DNA of 24,419 nucleotides, from NCBI GenBank assembly GCA_023818895.1, contig JAMWCX010000001.1:708258-732676 (forward strand). Direction: 5' to 3'. Under the pieces are notes generated by a model. That model was not told the DNA's origin and ran no database searches. It saw only the letters and a list, made by a program, of their open reading frames with translations. How positions within the stretch are numbered: position 1 is the first letter of the stretch; every line of letters begins with the position of its first letter. Shown one piece after another: positions 1 through 7,199 of the stretch. The stretch is from Candidatus Omnitrophota bacterium (GTDB lineage Bacteria; Omnitrophota; Gorgyraeia; 2-01-FULL-45-10). Position numbers and translations under genes: made by a program.

Positions 1-3000
1 TCCATAGCCGCCTGAACCAAGGCTTATGGGCTCTGTAACCGAGCCATAAGTGGCCAGCGGGTTATTGCCGCCCTGTCCGCCGTACGTGGCGCCGCCCCAG
101 TCATACTTGCCTGGGCCGTATGTGCCGGTAAATCCTTTATATGAGGCGTTAATTGCCGCGCTGTTAGAAATATAAACATCACCACCAACCGCAATAGTTC
201 GTCCTGCGCCATAGGGAGCAACGTTGTATTGATTGGCGCTTCTTGTCACGCTTATGATACTATTGGCGCCAACTAGGATGTTGCCGCCGACAATTAGGTC
301 ACCAAGCTGGTCCTGTTTGAAGGTATATACAGTTGTTGATGCAGCATGGTCCTCGATAATAAAGTCGCCTGTTATCTCCATGTCGCCGCGAACAGCTATG
401 GAACTGCCTTGAGTAATGAGGCCTGTGTAGTTGGCCTTTATGGTAAGCGACGCAATCTTGCCAAATCCAATGGTATTAAGCCAGGTATTATCGATTGTCG
501 AATTGTAGTTGCTATAAGAGGCGTCGAAAATGACGTTATCGAATTCGTCAGGCCTGGTGTGGGTAGGATCGCCGCCAACCCAGTTATTCTCATTCCACCA
601 GTAAAGGTCCGTGTAGCCAGGTTGTGCGTTCCAGTAGAACGTATAGCCGAATATCCAATCGACGTTATTTCCGGAATTAAGGCTTCCTGTGCCAGAGGCA
701 ATGATAGGCGTGGCGTTAATACACTCGGAATCTTTTACATCCAGATACTGGATCGCGCGGCTGCCCTGCGGATCGATGTACCATCTGTCGTCGATAGCCC
801 CATCCTCATCATCCTCGCTTGAACGAAGTTTCAGCCTGCCTTCAGGCGTGGCAGCAAAGCCCTGCAGCTTCATCTCACCTGTGATAACTTGCGTCGAACC
901 CTTTTCGAATGTGAGCGTAACGCCCCCTGTCATCTTCTCAATATCGTGGAACGTAGTCGAACCGTATATGGCCTGGTCAGTACCGTTAAAGTTCACAAGC
1001 CCCGTAGCATTGAGCGCCCCTAATCCTGACTGGTACCAATTACCAGCAAGATTAATCGTGTAACCTCCGTCGTTCAGAGTGCCTCCAAGATATATATCGC
1101 CACTCACAATAACATTATCCGACATAGTAACGGTCGCGCCTTCAGCGATCGTCCAGTCTCCGTCTATGGTGGTAGCCATCTTCCAACGGCCGCCTGAACC
1201 AGTGAATTCAAGGTTGTAGTAGTAGCTACCCGCCTTGAGGCCGTATGCGGTATAGTCACCCGTACCGTAGTATTCTACGGTTGAATTGGTCTGACAGTTG
1301 GGAGTAGTGACTGTTTCGGAACCCAGGAGCCGCAATCTTGCGCCGTCCTGGATTGTGAATGCGCCACCTGCCGATATGGTCTTTCCGGCGAGGTCGAGAC
1401 TGCCTTCAGCTACATCGACAGTTGAAGCGGTAACCATGGTGGTCTGAAGTATCAGTTTTGCGCCATCGCTCTTATAGATCTGAATCGGCGAGGATATAGT
1501 GCCGGCGTTCTGAGTGAATGTCTTATCGCTAGAGCCGCCCAGAACCAGGGTTAGGTTAGCTCCCCCAAAGGCATCAGTAGTCGACATCGAGAAGTTGCCG
1601 TTTATGGTGATAACAATGGCGCTAGAAGGATTGGAAACCACTCCGTCAGTACGAATAAAATCGCCGTTTACAGTAACGTCCGTAGTAAATGCAACTGTTC
1701 CATAGTCGCTCTTATTTATAATTATCGAGCCAATCGTGCCTCCGGAGTATGTTAAAATGGAGTTCTGGGTCGAACCGTTAAATATAACAGTTTTCCCGCT
1801 AAGATCGAAGGTGCCATTTTGGGTCAGGTTACCGTTAAGGCTAAGGGTATCTCCGGCATAGGTGATAGTGGCGCCGGTGTTATTGGTAAAATTTACAGAA
1901 CATCCGCCGCTGATAGCCGTCAGTATCCATCCTGAGCCGTTATGTGTAATGGTGCCGTTGTTGGTAAGGGCCGCGCCGTTCCAATCCCAGTTAGTGTAAT
2001 TATTTTTGATCGTCCATGTTCCCGAATTGACTGTAATTGTGCCGTTGTTGATAATAGGATTGCCGCAGATATTAGTAAGAGGATTATCTCCGAGATTTAT
2101 TGAGGTTCCTGCAGTTATGATGACAGAACTTGAGTCGTAGAGCTTGTTAATGATAACGGTTCCGCCGAGTTCTCCTTGAGCCGTGATTGTTGAACCTCTG
2201 ATCCCTTCAATCGTTATTGTTTTCCCGCTAAGATCGAAGGTGCCATTTTGGGTCAGGTTACCGTTAAGGCTAAGGGTATCTCCGGCATAGGTGATAGTGG
2301 CGCCGGTGTTATTGGTAAAATTTACAGAACATCCGCCGCTGATAGCCGTCAGTATCCATCCTGAGCCGTTATGTGTAATGGTGCCGTTGTTGGTAAGGGC
2401 CGCGCCGTTCCAATCCCAGTTAGTGTAATTATTTTTGATCGTCCATGTTCCCGAATTGACTGTAATTGTGCCGTTGTTGATAATAGGATTGCCGCAGATA
2501 TTAGTAAGAGGATTATCTCCGAGATTTATTGAGGTTCCTGCAGTTATGATGACAGAACTTGAGTCGTAGAGCTTGTTAATGATAACGGTTCCGCCTAAGA
2601 CACCATTGGCAGTAATGGTAGAGCTTCTTATTGGGGCATTGCTTCTACAGTCAAAAGTGACTTTATTTGAGGGACTATAAGTACCTCCTGAAAAAGTTAG
2701 GTTTACCTCAACAGTATACCCCGCTACAGGAGCTATAAACGTCCCGCCTGATTGAGTAAAGCTTCCGTTGATATCCAATGTGCCGATCTTGCCGTCAAAG
2801 GTTCCTCCTGCCTGGGTGTAATTACCTGTGCCTACTGTTAGGGTCCTGGCAGTTGAGTCATCGCCAAGGTATATAGTTCCGGTGTAGTTGGCATTGATGT
2901 TCATCCCCGAGATAGAAGTAGAGATATCTATGTTGCAGTTTTCGTTGGAGACATTTGGATTGTATGCTGCCACATTGCTTGAACCGGGAACCACCCCGCC

Positions 3001-6000
3001 GTACCAGTTGGAAGCCACGCTCCAGAGGTTGGAAGCAGCATCACCGATCCAGGTATAGCTGACAGGGGTAACAAAGAGCCATCTTGAGTTATTGCCGGAA
3101 TTGACGCAATTCGCGGTGCGTACATCAATGAGTGTGGCGTTGGTGTTGACTGAATCCTTCACATCAAGGTAGGACAATGTCGTTGTCCCTTGCGGATTGA
3201 TATACCACTTGGAGCCGTCAGATGTGCTGCGCAGGCTAAGAAGATTCCCGGAAACTCCCTGCAGGGTCAGGGTGCCGGTGATGGTCTGGGTTGAGAGCGC
3301 CTCAAATCTCAGGGTATCGCTAGCAGTTACTGTCTTGGTCAGGTTATTGAAGGTGGTGGAGCCTTTTATCGACTGATTGCCTCCGTTCAAGATAACTGTT
3401 TGTGTACCGCCGCCTGATGAGAATACTCCGTAATTGGTCCAGTCGCCGCTTAAGGTGACATTGCCGCCCGGAGCAAATGCCGCCTGGCTGGGTATGTGCA
3501 AACTGGCTATCGGATATGTTTCATTGCCGAGTATAAGAGCACCGCCCGCGACGGAATAGAGTATCTCAGCGGCGGACTGGGAACCTTTGGCGTCCGAAAG
3601 ATTAGCATTATCGATCGAGGTCAGGCCGCTTGAGGCCTCGTGCTTGACTGTGACCGTAGCGCCCGCGTAGATATTCAGGTTCTCGATATTGGAGGTCGTG
3701 GAGTCCGTGACTGTTATCGCGCTCCCCCTGTAAGCGGTGGCACTATTCAGGTAGACGAGGATCGCTATCTCGCTTCCTTCAGGCATAGAGATTCCGGAGA
3801 AGATGTAGAAGCCGTCTGAAGCAGTAGAGGCGGTTCCCGCGGCCGTTCCCATGACCACGAGGGAGACGATATCAGTTCCGTTTGCTATGGCGCTACCGCC
3901 GATAGCCTGGTAGGCATAGCCTGAGATGGTGATGCCGACTGAAGGCGGCGCATAGTTCTCATAGGCAAGGTGCGGATATGTGACGCCGGAGAAGCTATCC
4001 CAGGTATCGGTAAAGTCCCAGGGGTCAGGTTCGCCGGTATAAACAGCGCTTGTGGGGTCAAAAAACCAGCTTTCGTTGCCGCCTGGAAGCATGTCACTTA
4101 TGTAATAGCTGTTAGACACATATACAGGCCCGCCGTTACTGCCTTTGTAATGCTGCTCTATCCGCCCTATCAGCAGATTGCCGGTCGTCGTACCATTTGC
4201 CATGCCGGTCGCGTAGGAATTATGGATATATATATAATCGTTGGGGGCATTGGTGGTCATGCAAAGGCCTATCAGGCCGCCCGCGTCACTGGAGCCGACC
4301 ACATCACCTGTGGCAAAGCAATTTACCACGTCAACATGCGCAAGAGATAAGGCGCCGTCGGCTAATGCGAAGCCTATAAGGCCGCCCGCCGCATACGATG
4401 AGCTGCTTACCGAGCCTGTAGCATAGCAATCATTAAAATATATGGACGCCCCGCCGCCGCCCTCTGAACGCCCATAATCACAAGCGCTTCCCACCAGCCC
4501 GCCGACATTTTCACCTGTACCAACGACGCTGGCAGTGGAATAACACTGCGAGATGGTGATCGCACCCGAACCGCCCTGCTCCATGCCCCCTATAAGGCCG
4601 CCTACATTACTGGAGCCGCTTACACTGCCGCCATTGACATAGCAATTGGATATATTCACCTGGTATGAGTATCCTATGGCGATCTCAACTTTCCCTATTA
4701 GGGCGCCGACGTAGGAGCCTCCGGTAACTATGGGATTGACGAGCCCTACATTGGAGATAGTGACCGAATCATCGATTGGTGATACAACGCAGAATAGCCC
4801 AAAGCAGTCAGAATACTCGCCTCCATTGACCCTGAGATTGGATATGGTGTGATTTTGGCCGTTAAATGTGCCGGCAAAAGGCGATCCGGTGGTAGCGCCT
4901 ACCGGCGCCCAGTTATCCCCTATTCCCGCATAACCTGAAGTGGATGAGGAAAGATCCGCCTCGAGGTAATAATCTCCGTATAAATCGTAACGCATGTTAT
5001 TAAGGTCATACCAACTCGATATATAGTAAGTTTCGTTCTTAGCCCAGCCGGTATTTCCGCCAAAATCGCACTTTGGCTTGGCGTATATGGTATTTTCGCC
5101 TATATTGTGGGAATCCTGGATACCCACCCATTCGAGGGAATAACTACTTGAGTCCATATAGACATACCAGGCTGATCCCTCAATGCTTGATTTTAGCATT
5201 ATGGTATTGGCAAGGCCGATGGCGCCATGTATTTCGGTAATACCAAGGAAGGTATAGCTCTTCCCCGACTCGAAATATATGGTTTTGCCCGGAACTGTGC
5301 AGATAAAGTTATAAAAGGTGATGTTTCCGTAAAGATTTAGAGGGATTTCACCGGAAATGGTTACGCTTGCGCCTTCCAGCGTAAGCTGCTGACAACTTCT
5401 ATTGTACTCGATTGAGCCAAATTGGCCCTCATCCGGAGGCCCGCGGATCACTACAGTTGAACCGATTCCGAGTGATTCGCGAATATCAATAATTCCGTTT
5501 AACCGCTTCACATGGATATTCTGGGCTTCCACCCTCACTGGAGTGGTTAAAGCGCCGAACCTGTGGGCGGTCATTGTCAGATTCTGAGCCTGGATGATAG
5601 CTGAGTCGCGTGTTACAATGTCACCTCCTGTGATAAGAACCACTATTGGTGCTTCGATAGTAACCCCTATATCTATTACCTCTCTTGAGACAAGCGCAAT
5701 CACGTCAACTGCTTTAATACGAGCAGCGGGTTCAATAGTAATTTTGGCAGGTGCGAATTCCTGCGTCCTGTTGAGAAAAACATTTACATCCGGTGTGGCA
5801 GGGGCTTCGGACACCGCTCGGATAGGCTCTCCAGGCGCGACATCCTCGACGATTATCTCGCCGGCTTCAACGTCCCCTCCTATTGAGACATCGCCGTCAG
5901 CAACGATTTTGATCACACCATTTTTATTCTCCACGCGGCTGCCCTTAACCATTCCCTGCAAATTGATGCTATGTCTGAAAATTTCGTTTATGCTTGAGGC

Positions 6001-6783
6001 TGCGAGAATAACCGTACCGCCTTCGGCAAAAAGCGTTCCTGTATTTTTGACCTGGTCAAGAACCGGTCTTCCCTCATAATCGGTGACCTGTTTGGCAACC
6101 GGTTCGGATAACACCACCGAAATAAGGCCTTTTCCGTCAAATTCCAGTCTCACTCCGTTTCCTCCCGCAAGAGCAATAGTGCCAGCTCTCGCGGTTATAA
6201 CACCTTTATTCTCAACTGCTCCGGCTATGAGAACGCCGAAGCCACCATCTTGGAGTGTGATATTTCCCTCGTTCAAGAGCAAGAGATCCAGCTCCTTCTG
6301 TGTGATACGCTGGAAAAGGTGTTGACCTGCCAGAAAGTTCTGATTGGTAATATCCCTAGTCGAAAGTATTATTCCGCTTGCGGTTATGCTCGCACTCGAC
6401 GCGACATATATGCCTGACTCATTGACCAGAATAAGGATACCGTTGGACTGAAGAATACCTTGTATCTGCGTAGGATAGGGCGAGTTTACCCTATTCAATA
6501 TCTCGGATGTCGAGCTCGGAAGATTAACAATTACCTTCTCATGGGCTGCAATATCAAAAGAGCCATAATTAACTATTGTCTTATCGGATGCGTTGATGGT
6601 AAGTGTGTTTTCAGCCTGCTGGAATTCGGCAGTCCCTGAAACGACCTCGTAGTCTCTGGGTAGCCCATGAACGATATTTGCATAAAAGATATTTAAAATT
6701 AAAAGGCTAAATACGCATACTCCTGCCAGAATGCGCTTCTCGCATCGAGTACTGAGCTTTTTCGAATTCAGAATATTTCCCAT
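1..6783 (-). CDS. Giant TPS-domain exoprotein (TpsA / filamentous-haemagglutinin-like fibre), 3'-partial: 2,261 codons in window, no stop before base 1
   Basis: Absent from the supplied ORF track because it has no in-window stop. Reverse-complement translation from ATG 6783-6781 gives MGNILNSKKLSTRCEKRILAGVCVFSLLILNIFYANIVHGLPRDYEVVSGTAEFQQAENTLTINASDKTIVNYGSFDIAAHEKVIVNLPSSTSEILNRVNSPYPTQIQGILQSNGILILVNESGIYVASSASITASGIILSTRDI... I read it without a stop down to ...YKGFTGTYGPGKYDWGGATYGGQGGNNPLATYGSVTEPISLGSGGYG at base 1. The track lists no minus-strand ORF fragment in this frame, as expected if the frame never closes. An SD-like GGAAAAGGG lies 8 nt upstream of the ATG. Confidence 0.88.
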   Translation of the reverse strand, partial: MGNILNSKKLSTRCEKRILAGVCVFSLLILNIFYANIVHGLPRDYEVVSGTAEFQQAENTLTINASDKTIVNYGSFDIAAHEKVIVNLPSSTSEILNRVNSPYPTQIQGILQSNGILILVNESGIYVASSASITASGIILSTRDITNQNFLAGQHLFQRITQKELDLLLLNEGNITLQDGGFGVLIAGAVENKGVITARAGTIALAGGNGVRLEFDGKGLISVVLSEPVAKQVTDYEGRPVLDQVKNTGTLFAEGGTVILAASSINEIFRHSINLQGMVKGSRVENKNGVIKIVADGDVSIGGDVEAGEIIVEDVAPGEPIRAVSEAPATPDVNVFLNRTQEFAPAKITIEPAARIKAVDVIALVSREVIDIGVTIEAPIVVLITGGDIVTRDSAIIQAQNLTMTAHRFGALTTPVRVEAQNIHVKRLNGIIDIRESLGIGSTVVIRGPPDEGQFGSIEYNRSCQQLTLEGASVTISGEIPLNLYGNITFYNFICTVPGKTIYFESGKSYTFLGITEIHGAIGLANTIMLKSSIEGSAWYVYMDSSSYSLEWVGIQDSHNIGENTIYAKPKCDFGGNTGWAKNETYYISSWYDLNNMRYDLYGDYYLEADLSSSTSGYAGIGDNWAPVGATTGSPFAGTFNGQNHTISNLRVNGGEYSDCFGLFCVVSPIDDSVTISNVGLVNPIVTGGSYVGALIGKVEIAIGYSYQVNISNCYVNGGSVSGSSNVGGLIGGMEQGGSGAITISQCYSTASVVGTGENVGGLVGSACDYGRSEGGGGASIYFNDCYATGSVSSSSYAAGGLIGFALADGALSLAHVDVVNCFATGDVVGSSDAGGLIGLCMTTNAPNDYIYIHNSYATGMANGTTTGNLLIGRIEQHYKGSNGGPVYVSNSYYISDMLPGGNESWFFDPTSAVYTGEPDPWDFTDTWDSFSGVTYPHLAYENYAPPSVGITISGYAYQAIGGSAIANGTDIVSLVVMGTAAGTASTASDGFYIFSGISMPEGSEIAILVYLNSATAYRGSAITVTDSTTSNIENLNIYAGATVTVKHEASSGLTSIDNANLSDAKGSQSAAEILYSVAGGALILGNETYPIASLHIPSQAAFAPGGNVTLSGDWTNYGVFSSGGGTQTVILNGGNQSIKGSTTFNNLTKTVTASDTLRFEALSTQTITGTLTLQGVSGNLLSLRSTSDGSKWYINPQGTTTLSYLDVKDSVNTNATLIDVRTANCVNSGNNSRWLFVTPVSYTWIGDAASNLWSVASNWYGGVVPGSSNVAAYNPNVSNENCNIDISTSISGMNINANYTGTIYLGDDSTARTLTVGTGNYTQAGGTFDGKIGTLDINGSFTQSGGTFIAPVAGYTVEVNLTFSGGTYSPSNKVTFDCRSNAPIRSSTITANGVLGGTVIINKLYDSSSVIITAGTSINLGDNPLTNICGNPIINNGTITVNSGTWTIKNNYTNWDWNGAALTNNGTITHNGSGWILTAISGGCSVNFTNNTGATITYAGDTLSLNGNLTQNGTFDLSGKTITIEGIRGSTITAQGELGGTVIINKLYDSSSVIITAGTSINLGDNPLTNICGNPIINNGTITVNSGTWTIKNNYTNWDWNGAALTNNGTITHNGSGWILTAISGGCSVNFTNNTGATITYAGDTLSLNGNLTQNGTFDLSGKTVIFNGSTQNSILTYSGGTIGSIIINKSDYGTVAFTTDVTVNGDFIRTDGVVSNPSSAIVITINGNFSMSTTDAFGGANLTLVLGGSSDKTFTQNAGTISSPIQIYKSDGAKLILQTTMVTASTVDVAEGSLDLAGKTISAGGAFTIQDGARLRLLGSETVTTPNCQTNSTVEYYGTGDYTAYGLKAGSYYYNLEFTGSGGRWKMATTIDGDWTIAEGATVTMSDNVIVSGDIYLGGTLNDGGYTINLAGNWYQSGLGALNATGLVNFNGTDQAIYGSTTFHDIEKMTGGVTLTFEKGSTQVITGEMKLQGFAATPEGRLKLRSSEDDEDGAIDDRWYIDPQGSRAIQYLDVKDSECINATPIIASGTGSLNSGNNVDWIFGYTFYWNAQPGYTDLYWWNENNWVGGDPTHTRPDEFDNVIFDASYSNYNSTIDNTWLNTIGFGKIASLTIKANYTGLITQGSSIAVRGDMEITGDFIIEDHAASTTVYTFKQDQLGDLIVGGNILVGANSIISVTRSANQYNVAPYGAGRTIAVGGDVYISNSAAINASYKGFTGTYGPGKYDWGGATYGGQGGNNPLATYGSVTEPISLGSGGYG
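649..960 (-). other. Junction domain copy B3
   Basis: STTFHDIEKMTGGVTLTFEKGSTQVITGEMKLQGFAATPEGRLKLRSSEDDEDGAIDDRWYIDPQGSRAIQYLDVKDSECINATPIIASGTGSLNSGNNVDWIF. It is followed by YTFYWNAQPGYTDLYWWNENNWVGGDPTHTRPDEFDNVIFD. Confidence 0.55.
1790..2595 (-). repeat. Perfect in-frame tandem duplication inside gene B: 1790..2166 = 2219..2595 (377 bp, period 429 bp = 143 codons)
   Basis: Base-by-base comparison of the two stretches found no mismatch. They are separated by a unique 52-bp linker (2167..2218). Each copy encodes GGTVIINKLYDSSSVIITAGTSINLGDNPLTNICGNPIINNGTITVNSGTWTIKNNYTNWDWNGAALTNNGTITHNGSGWILTAISGGCSVNFTNNTGATITYAGDTLSLNGNLTQNGTFDLSGKT. Confidence 0.95.
3073..3360 (-). other. Junction domain copy B2
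   Basis: STTFNNLTKTVTASDTLRFEALSTQTITGTLTLQGVSGNLLSLRSTSDGSKWYINPQGTTTLSYLDVKDSVNTNATLIDVRTANCVNSGNNSRWLF. It is followed by YTWIGDAASNLWSVASNWYGGVVPGSSNVAAY. Confidence 0.55.
3705..3951 (-). other. Small beta-sandwich (CarboxypepD_reg/Ig-like) following the GLUG module of gene B
   Basis: APPSVGITISGYAYQAIGGSAIANGTDIVSLVVMGTAAGTASTASDGFYIFSGISMPEGSEIAILVYLNSATAYRGSAITV. The pattern h-x-h-SG-x...G...h-x-h...T-x-x-x-G-x-F-x-F is typical of carboxypeptidase-regulatory-like sandwiches. Called by eye only. Confidence 0.4.
3952..5028 (-). other. GLUG-motif beta-helix module of gene B, closed by YPHLAYENY
   Basis: YYISSWYDLNNMRYDLYGDYYLEADLSSSTSGYAGIGDNWAPVGATTGSPFAGTFNGQNHTISNLRVNGGEYSDCFGLFCVV... 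This is followed by successive turns ending in YVGALIG, VGGLIG, VGGLVG, AGGLIG and AGGLIG, and finishes with PWDFTDTWDSFSGVTYPHLAYENY. It matches my memory of the Glug family (PF07581). Confidence 0.7.
5041..5322 (-). other. Junction domain copy B1 (~95 aa, unnamed recurrent domain)
   Basis: ITFYNFICTVPGKTIYFESGKSYTFLGITEIHGAIGLANTIMLKSSIEGSAWYVYMDSSSYSLEWVGIQDSHNIGENTIYAKPKCDFGGNTGWA. It fits the consensus F-x-N-h-x-C-x-x-PGKT-h-x-F...L-x-h-x-G...h-x-L-[RK]-S...W-x-h...V-x-V-x-DS-x-N...GNN-x-x-W shared by six copies. Confidence 0.55.
5884..6660 (-). other. TPS (two-partner secretion) / haemagglutination-activity N-terminal domain of gene B (aa ~42-300)
   Basis: LPRDYEVVSGTAEFQQAENTLTINASDKTIVNYGSFDIAAHEKVIVNLPSSTSEILNRVNSPYPTQIQGILQSNGILILVNESGIYVASSASITASGIILST...NEGNITLQDGGFGVLIAGAVENKGVITARAGTIALAGGNGVRLEF...NTGTLFAEGGTVILAA. 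This follows the Haemagg_act (PF05860) pattern: xxILNRVxGxxPSxIxGxLxxNGxvxLiNPNGI. The NPNGI box is replaced here by NESGI. Confidence 0.8.
6664..6783 (-). other. Predicted Sec signal peptide of gene B (aa 1-40)
   Basis: Basic n-region MGNILNSKKLSTRCEKR, hydrophobic core ILAGVCVFSLLILNIFYANIV, and a small-residue site VHG|LP directly before the TPS domain. The cleavage site is judged by eye only. Confidence 0.6.
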
Positions 6784-6809
6784 TGTATGAACCCTTTTCC
6801 GCAACACCC

Positions 6810-6852
6810 AAAACAAAAAACCCGCAAAGCTCATGTTGCCGAACTTGCGGGT
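6810..6852 (-). terminator. Rho-independent terminator-like hairpin plus U-tract, 26 nt upstream of the gene B ATG
   Basis: The minus-strand RNA reads ACCCGCAA-GUUCGGCAACAUGAGCU-UUGCGGGU-UUUUUGUUUU. It has a perfect 8-bp GC-rich stem (arms 6845..6852 and 6820..6827), a rather long 17-nt loop, and then U5GU4 (6819..6810). Confidence 0.6.
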
Positions 6853-6857
6853 GTATT

Positions 6858-6987
6858 GCCCACCGACGAGGTGGACAAACGAAAAATCTCTTATTTCGGC
6901 AACTGGCTATCCTGCTTTCGCGAGGACCCTTTAGCTTTGTGACCCCGGATTTCTCCGGGTGTACTATTGTCGCTTAAGAGAAAGCGA
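6858..6987 (-). promoter_or_regulatory. GC-rich structured 5' leader element of gene B (candidate riboswitch/attenuator aptamer; possibly GEMM-I-like, unverified)
   Basis: Four hairpins on the minus-strand RNA. (1) UCGCUU-UCUCUU-AAGCGA at 6970..6987. (2) CCCGGA-GAAA-UCCGGG at 6944..6959. (3) GUCCU(C)GC-GAAA-GCAGGAU at 6909..6927. (4) GUCCACC-UCGUC-GGUGGGC at 6858..6876. GCGAC (6969..6973) can pair with GUUGC (6899..6903), enclosing the two GAAA hairpins and the linker GGGUCACAAAGCUAAAGG. Confidence 0.4.
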
Positions 6988-7025
6988 TTAATTTAAATAA
7001 GAAAGATCTTTTTCCTTACGATTTG

Positions 7026-7053
7026 ATTATATCATATAATGATAGAATTTCAA
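7026..7053 (-). promoter_or_regulatory. Sigma-70-type promoter with extended -10, reading towards gene B
   Basis: The minus strand reads TTGAAA (7053..7048), a 16-nt spacer TTCTATCATTATATGA, then TATAAT (7031..7026). The spacer ends in TGA, giving TGnTATAAT. The predicted TSS is near 7019, implying a ~236-nt leader. The site lies in the AT-rich part of the spacer. Confidence 0.5.
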
Positions 7054-7163
7054 TATGCAAAAACAACCTTTTTTCTTTATAACCTTATTTATGTAAGCTA
7101 TATTTCATTTTGCATTTTCAGACCGATTCTACTCTTACACCCAGACATTTTCCTGAGGCGATT

Positions 7164-7199
7164 GGAAACCGTCTCTAACCACTGCTGGAGACGGGTTCC
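7164..7199 (-). terminator. Hairpin 83 nt downstream of the gene A stop (possible weak terminator or 3'-end stabiliser)
   Basis: The minus-strand RNA reads GGAACCCGUCUC-CAGCAGUGGUUA-GAGACGGUUUCC, giving 11 of 12 pairs. No U-tract follows (AAUCGCCUCAGG), so this is not a canonical intrinsic terminator. Confidence 0.3.

Noticed and set aside
6784-6834. Alternative upstream in-frame start for gene B (ATG 6834-6832, giving a 17-aa extension MSFAGFLFWVLRKRVHT, reminiscent of an extended signal peptide)
   Set aside because: That ATG lies inside the terminator hairpin loop and has no SD. The extension does not resemble the ESPR motif of TpsA or autotransporter proteins. ATG 6783 has an SD-like GGAAAAGGG at good spacing. 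The question remains open but is less likely.
6858-6987. tRNA, SRP (4.5S) RNA or another housekeeping RNA in the GC-rich island of the spacer
   Set aside because: There is no cloverleaf or T-loop (GTTCGAATC-like) sequence. The GAAAGCAGG segment only superficially resembles the SRP domain IV GGAAGCAGCC motif, and the flanks cannot form the single long SRP hairpin. Its position between a promoter and a terminator just upstream of a start codon fits a cis-regulatory leader better.
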